64,000 nucleotides of DNA. Origin: Lingula anatina (Eukaryota; Animalia; Brachiopoda). How positions within the stretch are numbered: position 1 is the first letter of the stretch; the number at the start of each line of letters is the position of its first letter. Position numbers and translations under genes: made by a program. Location of the stretch: NCBI GenBank assembly GCA_051362555.1, contig CM120641.1, positions 29,084,401 to 29,148,400 on the forward strand, written 5' to 3'. The notes beneath the pieces were generated by a model. That model saw only the letters and a program-made list of their open reading frames with translations, ran no database searches and was not told the origin of the DNA. Positions 55,488-64,000 of the stretch are shown piece by piece.

Positions 55488-55937
55488 GTTGGTGAGGTCT
55501 AAAACAATAAAGTTAGCGAATGATACAAAATGAACTGTGAAATAAAATATAAATAAAGCAGATGGCTAAATGAAACACTTGATGCTGTCCATCATTTCTG
55601 TCTACTGACTTAATTTTTCATATAACTTTCACTAATTACCTGAATAATTTATAAACTGAAGTTGCTTCCACCCACAATAATTCTTTAACCCATGTTCCAT
55701 ATCTAACCAATGTATTTACTATAACTCAAACTGGAATTATCCCATACCACAGTAATAGTTAAATCCCATCTTTCTGTAGCAAATATTTTACCAATTATAT
55801 CATCAAGTATTTAATTCTATAATACACAGATATTATCATATCCTCTTATAAATAACATGTAAAAAGAGAAATTCCAGTATCTTTACAAGCTATCTTCTTT
55901 ACAGGAGGAGGGATAAAACTAAAATTTGCCTGAATTA

Positions 55938-56647
55938 CTCTGAAGTGCCAAATAATAGTTCCTACGGTACCGGAATAACTTTACCCCCCCCGGAAAACTT
56001 TCCAAAATTAATAATAGTGCCTAGCAGAAGAATTGTGCCCCTCATATTGCAATCTGGAAAAATTATGTTTTGACTATTAAACATAACAAAAACACAATAT
56101 CTAGACAAATTTACCTTTGATTTTATACACGTAGTTTAACATATTTTAACCATTTAGAGTAATCTCAGTCCACATTTTGCCGATTTAACTGTTTTTAAGG
56201 TCAAACCATTTTCATTTGGGTCTTAAAAATGCAATAAAATATCAAAATTGAATTTAAAAACACGTTTTGTGCCAATGGCAGGTCCTAGTAGTGTACTATC
56301 GGTGGCAAGTTGACATACTTTTTTGCAACGCACATGTAACTACAGAGGCGTGACAGAGACTCTTGGCGGCATGGGTTGAAGAGCTACTTTTATTTACCAT
56401 AAAACAAATTTGAGAGTAGTGCTTGCGACAAGTCATTAATGAAAATTAACTTGTCCTATGAAACGATCATTAACATTTCCAAAATGTTCAACAGCATTTC
56501 CAACTGGCACAATACTGCCAAATAATCGTGCCGTGTGGATAATGTGTGGAAAATTATTAATCGTGCCGGGGAAAATAAGATCATGCCAGGTGGAAAATTT
56601 CTGAAAAAAAAAAAATTGTGCCAGCACTATTATTTGGCACTTCAGAG
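55938..56647. mobile_element. 710-bp Tc1/mariner-like non-autonomous element
   Basis: TIR CTCTGAAGTGCCAAATAATAGT / ACTATTATTTGGCACTTCAGAG; TA on both flanks. Confidence 0.85.
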
Positions 56648-56732
56648 TACATATTTCTATGCATGATATTAGAAACTCATTACTTATCATAGGGTTTGAC
56701 ATTAACTTTTATGACCACCTGTCTTTTAGACA

Positions 56733-56856
56733 GGTTTGGTGACTCATATTTTTCTTTTGGCATGTTGGTGAGGCCTAAAACAATAAAGTTAGCCAATGAT
56801 ACAAAATGAATTGTGAAATAAAATATAAATAAAGCAGATGGCTAAACGAAACACTT
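56733..56856 (-). repeat. 124-bp duplicate of 55457-55580 (acceptor, ATG and first 10 codons of CNOT6)
   Basis: Ungapped near-identical alignment by eye with about 5 substitutions. Confidence 0.92.
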
Positions 56857-57994
56857 CTTTCATAAATTTGACCTGTCTGAACACAAATCTTACCTGTCCA
56901 AATTAACCAATAGTTTTTCCATTCATACCAGTGAACTTTGTAAATTAATATGTGTAATCAAGAATGAATTAATAACCAATACGAAACGGGCTCAGAAAAA
57001 GTGCCTTGTAGTTGATTTATTCTGAGATGAACAGTTCATTTTGCATATCTATAAACTTCTGATGATTTAATTTTCTAAAGAAATGTGATTTAACATAGTT
57101 TCAATCATATATCCATATGAAACAGACCTTAAAAACAGCTCTAAGCACAACTTGTAACTTTCTGAAAAGTGCACTGGAACCATGCAGAGACCTTGCAAGC
57201 TATAAATATGATCAAATCAGCTTGCAACATGACATCTCTTGATCGATGATATTATGAACATGTGCTTTAAAGTGAACCAGTGTCTATTTTTGCACCTGTT
57301 AGTGGTTGACCCTATTCATATATAAACAAAAGGCAGCTCAAGGAGACGTTAGCGCAAAAAGAATTTTTCAAGATTTTTTTGTTCCCAAATACTCATAAAA
57401 CAATTAACATGACCCGTCCATTGGACAGCCCACCCTGCAACTTCACCTTTCTGAAATGAATTTTAACCTGTCTTGGACAGAACCCAGTGTCAAGGCCTGG
57501 ATCATATTACTTATCCTGGATCATAAGTAACCACACACTATTTAAAAGTTGTTGCAGAAACCTTAAATAGGTATAATACACATACAGTTATATCCACGGG
57601 AAACGATTTTCAAATCTTCATATATTTCCCTTTTGTGCTCTGCAAAGAACACAGAACTTATCATGATTTATATTATAATTCATAAAATAAATAATATAAA
57701 CAAGTGTAACCTTGACCTACCAACAGTAGAACCGCACAAGATAAAGGTGTTATGTCAAATCTAACACAGTAATGAGCAACCTGGGTATTTAACATTACAA
57801 ATGAAAAGTTTACGACGGTCTTATGCACACACACCATAAATGCACACAACATTTGTAGAGCAACATCTTGAGCTTCATTGGCAACTTGCATCTGAACAAA
57901 GATTTCGTCCCATACGTAGTGCTAATGCAACAAAATTGTATCCTTAAATCCTGACAACATGTGTAACAGTTGAAAAAGTAATCATAAAGCTTAC

Positions 57995-58100
57995 CTTCAT
58001 CTATAAAACTGTATAGTTTTGGACAACCAGAAGCCAGATATTATTGTATAATACTGAGGGGAATTTTACTAATGCATCAGAGAGAAACAAATATGGCTGC
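57995..58100 (-). other. CNOT6: Probable non-coding first exon of CNOT6 (5' end approximate)
   Basis: AAG|GTAAGC donor at 57994; TATAAATA at 58130-58123 and CCAAT at 58148-58144 upstream on the minus strand. Confidence 0.55.
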
Positions 58101-58337
58101 CAACTTCGGGGTTATCCTGTGCTATTTATAACAAAGCTTTTCCATTGGTTAATTTGATGAAATTGCCCATGAGAAATAAAACAAGAAACTCTTATTATTT
58201 GATTGTTCATCATGTTCAATATATTTTATTTGAACATTGAGAATGTAGCATTTTTTAAATAAGATATTCACACATCAGATGTTTTAATAAGGATACGAGG
58301 TCAGCCGAAGAATGCCGATCTTTTCACCTGAAACAAC
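58090..58337. promoter_or_regulatory. Bidirectional promoter region between CNOT6 and MRPL1
   Basis: Head-to-head genes about 340 bp apart (donor to ATG); minus-strand TATA and CCAAT; YY1-like ATATGGCTG near 58091. Confidence 0.6.
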
Positions 58338-58365
58338 ATGTCTGCCCCCATGGCTTCAAGGATTG
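58338..58365 (+). CDS. MRPL1: MRPL1 exon 1 (MSAPMASRI)
   Basis: aacATG context and G|GTGAGT donor; phase fits exon 2. Confidence 0.8.
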
Positions 58366-58478
58366 GTGAGTGTAAATTTCTTGTTTGCTCCGAGCATATC
58401 GTTACATTTAACTGACATCTTCACTGTTGTGATATATGTGCAACTATGGTGTCATTTGCTTTTTTTTTACATATTCAG

Positions 58479-58668
58479 GGAAGTACCTCATCTTGTCCAG
58501 GCAATTTATAAACAGAGGGCATGTTCTCAGCAGCAATGCTCAAATAATCCCAGTGCGGTTTAAGACTAAACAAGACAAAGGGAAAGACAAAGGCGGGGAG
58601 AAAAGTAGATGGATGATACGGCAAGAGGAAAGGAGGAAAAAACTGAAGGCAGAAAAGAAAAAAGAGAA
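58479..58668 (+). CDS. MRPL1: MRPL1 exon 2 (mitochondrial presequence-like and basic region)
   Basis: ttcAG acceptor and AA|GTAGGC donor; in frame. Confidence 0.82.
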
Positions 58669-58899
58669 GTAGGCTCATTAAGTTACATCATGTACTAAAT
58701 AGGTCATTGTTCTTACTAATTTAATAATAACACACACTGGTATTTGATTCCAACTCTTCTTTTTTGTGAAAAATTAAAAAATAGAAAAATTATTTATGAA
58801 TAAAATTTAATTGTAAGTAAATTCCATTAAAGCATGCACACACTCACACTCTGCTACTGGTATGCTAAGTTTCAAATAAGATAATAATTTTCATTTCAG

Positions 58900-59170
58900 G
58901 TCAGAATCTACCTTAAAATTTGGTGCTTTGGAATGCCCTTACCCTAATGAAATGTATAAGAAAAGAATACCTGTCGATCCTGTCTGGTCGCCACGTCACT
59001 ATCCAGTGCAGTTCAGCACACATAGTGTAGAAAAAAGCTTAGAAATGCACAGGGAACTGGCAGATCCTTCCATGATGGATGACATGAATAAATATGTTTA
59101 CCTGGAGTTGAGATTTGATACGGAAATTACAAAAGAAGTCATGGTAAAAGGTGGAAAAAAAGAAACTAAG
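58900..59170 (+). CDS. MRPL1: MRPL1 exon 3 (...PVDPVWSPRHYP...MHRELADPSM...YVYLELRFD...)
   Basis: ttcAG acceptor and AAG|GTTAGT donor; resembles the N-terminal part of mitochondrial uL1. Confidence 0.88.
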
Positions 59171-59398
59171 GTTAGTTTGTGGGGTAAAGAAAATGGCCTT
59201 TTGTGTTGTTTTTGTATTTTAAATTTTATTTTGATAAACGAAAACATACAGACAGTTTTGATTTAATTACCATCATTGTAAGTAAACCATGTTTCAACAG
59301 CTCAACTGATATTATAAAACAGTGTATAGAGAACACCTCATAATTCATGACTTCATAATTGACATAAATTAAAGCAAGAAAAATATTCTTCATCTCAG

Positions 59399-59488
59399 GT
59401 ATCCTATCTTGAAAGCATAAGTGATTACTTGAAATTCCCTCACATGTTTGAAACAAAAGAGAAGCGGCGAGTAATGGTTTTTTGCAAG
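59399..59488 (+). CDS. MRPL1: MRPL1 exon 4 (VSYLESISDYLKFPHMFETKEKRRVMVFCK)
   Basis: Read manually; uL1 'LPH...KV.VF' motif; phase 0-0. Confidence 0.85.
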
Positions 59489-59778
59489 GTAAAACAATAT
59501 GTCAGTAACATGAAACTGCTGTTATGTTTGATGAAATGAAGGTGTCACCAGTTGCCTGAAGGGAAGACTGAAGATGTTTCATTTTAAATGATTATCCTAA
59601 TAATGGGTGCTGCTTCGTTAAAAAACTTTTTGTCATATGCTATGAATAAAAATATAAAGCAGCAATCAATCAATTTCAAGTAAACATCACATTTCTTATT
59701 TGTGGTACTGTTTGTGCAGTTGTACAATTATTTTCTCATCCAAAACAAATCCTTTTATCGCAATGGAAATATTTACAG

Positions 59779-59847
59779 CCTGAAGAAGTAGAGCTGGCCC
59801 TGAGCAATGGAGCAGAGATTGCTGGTGGAAAAGAATTAGCAGATCAG
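59779..59847 (+). CDS. MRPL1: MRPL1 exon 5 (PEEVELALSNGAEIAGGKELADQ)
   Basis: Read manually; uL1 signature GA..AGG..L. Confidence 0.88.
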
Positions 59848-60176
59848 GTCAGTGTCTCTCTCTTCTCTCCCCGTACAATTTAATGGTGTTCTATACAGAA
59901 TTTGCCTTCATGTGGCATTCTTTACTGAATTTTCCTGGCAATATTATTCTACTCATTACAACTACCTGTTCCTGCTTCACCTATTCCTGTATTTCGACGT
60001 TTTAGTTATTTTTTAATTTTATGATTTAGTTGTAGATAAACATAGAAAATATGATTTAGAGAATTTTTTTAAAATGCAAACTGATACAGTGTACTTTTGA
60101 TCATTATATCGTGCTTTCTTTTCAGAATAGATTTTCATGTTAATGGCATTATGTTTTATTTTTGTGATGCCTATAG

Positions 60177-60297
60177 GTGGACAATAATGAAATTGACTGG
60201 AAGAACATGGATGTCATTCTGGGCACAGTGGATGCTTTGCCAGACATACTATCTGTCAGGAAGAAGATTAAAAATAAGTTGCCTACTCAGAAAAGTG
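60177..60297 (+). CDS. MRPL1: MRPL1 exon 6 (VDNNEIDWKNMDVILGT...KKIKNKLPTQKS)
   Basis: atAG acceptor and G|GTATGT donor. Confidence 0.88.
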
Positions 60298-60786
60298 GTA
60301 TGTTGCCTGATCTCACAGCATATATAGGTTATATTGTATATGATGAGATAGTATATTACTAATTGCTGACTAAAAGTGAGGAGGAAGTACATTCTAGAAT
60401 TTATGTTATCCATATTTATTATTTACTAAATTATAAACATCACAGCTCAGTTTTATTCCACATGCCCGTGATCATATAGATGCCATGGCAAATAGCCACT
60501 TACAATGAAAAAAACCTCAAGGAAAATCAGAATTTTATTGCACTACACTCGGTTATAACATTTACCTATTCCAAAGTGACAACACCTGATTATATATAAG
60601 GGGGGGGGGGGGGGGGGGGGGGGAGCTATTAGGCCAAAGAATTCACATTCTATTTATTTTTGATCTATCAAAATATTTATGTGAATGCACCAGTGTTTTA
60701 TTATGTATTTCATTTTACAGAACATGTTTTCTTAACTCAAACTCAGTTTTCTTAACTCAAACTCAGTTTTATTGTACTTTTTTTAG

Positions 60787-60899
60787 GGACTCTGGGTGTG
60801 GACTTGGTTGAAATGTTGAAAAAACATACTGATGGAATTGGAATGACATCTTTTCCAGTTAAAGCCAATATTTCCATTATGAAGGTCAAGGTTGGAACA
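60787..60899 (+). CDS. MRPL1: MRPL1 exon 7 (GTLGVDLVEMLKKHTDG...KVKVGT)
   Basis: Read manually; ttttAG acceptor and ACA|GTAAGT donor. Confidence 0.88.
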
Positions 60900-61243
60900 G
60901 TAAGTTGTTTCTAAAGAAGCGAATATAGGTGTTACAGGTTAAAGAGTTAAATGATATAAACATTTTACAGAACTTCAATGTAAATTTGTTTACAGAGTGT
61001 AAAAAGTGCATATATAAAGGTCTTTTTAATGCTGATATTTTATTTTTATTCTCTGTAATGGATTTAGACATTTGACAACACCTAAAGTCTGTAATATGGT
61101 CTTACAAAAAGACAAACATTTGAAGTGAACCATTTGCTTCTATTGGGCTGCCATATATATGTGTGTGTGTGTGGTCATGTGATTCATACATTCAAAAGAA
61201 ATGGGACACAGAAATAGCATTGCCATTTTCTTTCATTTTCCAG

Positions 61244-61322
61244 CTTGATATGCCTGATAAAGAAATTATAGCAAATATGGATGTGGTTGTCAAATCAGTT
61301 ATGCAGCAAAGAAGCAACATGG
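61244..61322 (+). CDS. MRPL1: MRPL1 exon 8 (LDMPDKEIIANMDVVVKSVMQQRSNM)
   Basis: ttccAG acceptor and G|GTAATT donor; uL1 'LDM....I..N' motif. Confidence 0.9.
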
Positions 61323-61784
61323 GTAATTTTGTCAAATTTAATTTGATGTATTAAAGTAGTCTAGTAGGCACCCCTTTGTCTCCTGTACACAACTCTGGAC
61401 ATTTTTTAGCTCGTGAAGCTTTAAATTAATAAACTGTCAAGTTTTTAAACAGGTTAAAACGTGATATTTAATGTTACTGATTAGAAAATCTTTTTGACAA
61501 GGCTACGTGTGGAAAATGAAGCAAGGGCATGGCAAAAGACTATAGCCCGTTTGCATAAAAATTTATATTTACATTTTAGTGGCAGTTGCAACCTGCAATA
61601 GCCTTACTGTGGCATTTTACTTTAGTATTGAGATCTAAACCAATATAACATCTAAAGCATGTGTGGAGGTCAAATCAGTAACAGAAAAGTATTGCAATTT
61701 GACTTTTTATGGAAGTTATAATGAAATATGTTATTGCCATGGCTGTTGTCAGTCCCATTAAATTCATTGCAATTTTATTTTCAG

Positions 61785-62026
61785 GTCCTATTACCAAACC
61801 TTTTATATTCAAGGCATTAACCAAAACTGAACCTGGAGAAAACATAATCATAGACATAGACAGATTTCTGCCAAAGAAAAAGGAGAAAACTAAAGTTACG
61901 AAAACCAGTTCACAACATGCCGAGGCAGTTAGTATGGATACAGAACAAGGTGAAGCTCCTGTGACCATTTCTGGCACAGAGCCTTCTCTGAACATTGAAC
62001 AAAATTTTCAGGCTTTGAGCACATGA
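61785..62026 (+). CDS. MRPL1: MRPL1 exon 9 (last); total CDS 1203 nt / 400 aa
   Basis: ttcAG acceptor; PFIFKA...EPGENIIIDIDRFLP; TGA stop; AATAAA at 62776 and 62979. Confidence 0.88.
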
Positions 62027-63716
62027 CCAGACAGAGCTAAGAATGGGGTACAATTAGAAGAATTTGGTATATGTAACACATGCAGCATCATAATTCAGAA
62101 CTATTGAGAATGCAATTCAACATTATTTTCCCCATTTCATTACGTCACAGATAACCTATAAAAATAATATTTGAACATTTTGTATTGGGCAACATTGAAG
62201 GAATTCTCATGTAAATTCTCAAGTGTAAAATCAAGTGAGATTTTGCAGGAATTGGAGTAGAGCTGGGTCAGAAATACGTAAGTGGCCGACTAGCAAAAGC
62301 AGAGCAGCAACAAATAGTTTAAAAGATGACAGAATTCCTCCATGAATAATTTTCTGTTCATTTTTGCTGAATTGCACTACTGTAGAAATACGTACATCAT
62401 ATTTTGCATCACTCTTGTATTGCTTTTTAAGACAATATTCCTAGCACATCCAAGTTTCCACCTTGGGGCCTGGAAAGTTAGCCCCACGTTTTGTGGATTC
62501 TCGGATGACATTACGTACCACAGTGTGCCATTTTTAAGGCTGATGATGCTCATTTCTAAAAAAAAAGGAGCTACTGCACTTCCATTTGAACCAAATTGGC
62601 TTGAGGAGACTGTGCACAAGTTTCACTGAGAGAAGATGATGTTCCTGTCAAGTAGAAACAATACTGAAGGACCCAGGTTTCCTGCCATGGGTCATGTTGT
62701 GTCAGTACCCCAGTTCAGTTGTGGCCTTGGTTTCACATACATGTTCAAGAGATTGTTTGCAAGATTAAAAATGTAAATAAAAAATCAGTTTTGTGGTACA
62801 TGCCAATTATTTTTCTGTTGATATAAAAAGTTGTAAATATTACGTGTAGAAATGTGAGATTTCAATGTGCAGGGCAATATTTTTCATGTTTGAAAGCATA
62901 TTGTAGTATTTACAAAATTTCAAAGATGGTTTTTATTGCGTCTAAAAACTATTTGCGGCTTGTTATCATGTCCAAGTAAATAAACCTCTGTAAATCAGAT
63001 ATACTCTATTTCTTTAAATGATTACAATGAAGTCAACTTGTAGAGTATCTCAAAAATTTTATTGAGTTTAATGATACTGCAACAGAAAAGGATGATTACT
63101 AACAAATGATAGCTGTGTAAGTGTTGAGGAAATAGAAGGCAAAAAAGTTCAAAAGTGCTACTAATTCAACCCAATTATGATAATGTTACAAGTAAAAATC
63201 CTGGCTTTTTCCTAAAAAGTTCATTAATAACCAGATGAAAAGGCTTTATGGTCTAGCTGCTCAAAAGGGCTTTAGTCATAATTCTTTACATGTACATAAC
63301 TACAGAAAATATATATATATATATAGGGTAATGTCAGAAAAATTCTTAAATTCACAGCACAAATAAAAGCACAAACAGTACTACGCTATTGCCAGTCTAT
63401 ATCAACAAGCACTATATTAATAAATATGGATGACTTGATACCACTTGGTGTTATTGTAATATATTAATTTTCTTTTATAATTATTCATGACTTCTTGATC
63501 CAGCTTATAATTTACCATGTGTGCTTTGCAGCAACAATTCATTTCTTGCAGCTGTGAAGAAACTACAAATCCACTAGAATATTGCATTGTGTAGAAAGTC
63601 GAGTAACCTTTAAATAGTAAGAGCTCCCAACAGGGATGCATAAACCTCCCTCATGTTATAACATAGTGTTTGCTCAGAATAAATTGTCCGTTGACTCTTG
63701 TTCATCTGGAAGCATG

Positions 63717-63836
63717 TTATGCAAAAGTAATTCCAGCTTCCTGGTATGTTTTGAAGATTTTTTCCACAGAGACTATGAAAGCAGCAGTACGGAGGTCAAT
63801 TCCAAGATTAAACTTCATGGCTGCCCGCATTATATT
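63717..63836 (-). CDS. GLUD1: Glutamate dehydrogenase, last coding exon ([39 protein letters not shown]); upstream exons lie beyond the window
   Basis: Read manually; ttccAG acceptor; closely matches the animal GDH C-terminus (IMRTAMKYNLGLDLRTAAY...EAGVTFT). Confidence 0.93.
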   Translation of the reverse strand, partial: NIMRAAMKFNLGIDLRTAAFIVSVEKIFKTYQEAGITFA

Positions 63837-64000
63837 CTGGAAGAAGCACAATATATATTATATTTTATAACAAAATCTTTTCAGGCAGGCAATCATAAAT
63901 TAAAGAAATGGTAATAAATGGAACAATAAATATCATGCCATGATTAAGGGTGTTAAATGTGAACAGTAAAAGAGTTACCTCTCAGAAATACTAAGAAAAG

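Noticed and set aside
59399-59406. GTATCCT resembling a U12-type donor in MRPL1
   Set aside because: It is the first codons of a well-supported coding exon directly after an AG acceptor
63975-64000. Minus-strand GTAAC donor as the penultimate GDH exon end
   Set aside because: The preceding sequence does not encode the expected TMERSAR-like peptide
1-64000. Prokaryotic-type systems (CRISPR, operons, defence islands), tRNA and rRNA genes
   Set aside because: The DNA is intron-rich eukaryotic sequence; no regularly spaced repeat-spacer array or recognisable structural RNA gene was seen

Overview
AT-rich eukaryotic (invertebrate animal, lophotrochozoan-like by inference) genomic DNA. About 52 kb is one minus-strand gene, the CCR4/CNOT6 deadenylase: 10 coding exons from 55487 to 6224, 557 aa, LRR plus EEP nuclease domains, all GT-AG junctions phase-consistent. 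It sits head-to-head with MRPL1 (9 exons, 58338-62026, 400 aa), followed by the last exon of a convergent glutamate dehydrogenase gene (63717-63836, minus). The standout observation is in the 36.6-kb intron that separates the LRR exons from the nuclease exons. It contains a 584-codon same-strand ORF with a perfect GTAAGT donor after codon 563 in the phase needed to join the first nuclease-side exon, and a CRE+TATA promoter-like module lies about 0.85 kb upstream. This predicts a ~962-aa LRR-less CCR4 isoform with a novel, largely disordered N-terminus. Other oddities: a duplicated copy of the start-codon exon, an in-frame tandem-duplicated 5' splice site, an A19-preceded acceptor on the LRR exon, and many non-autonomous DNA transposons. 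All calls were made by eye; no database searches were run.
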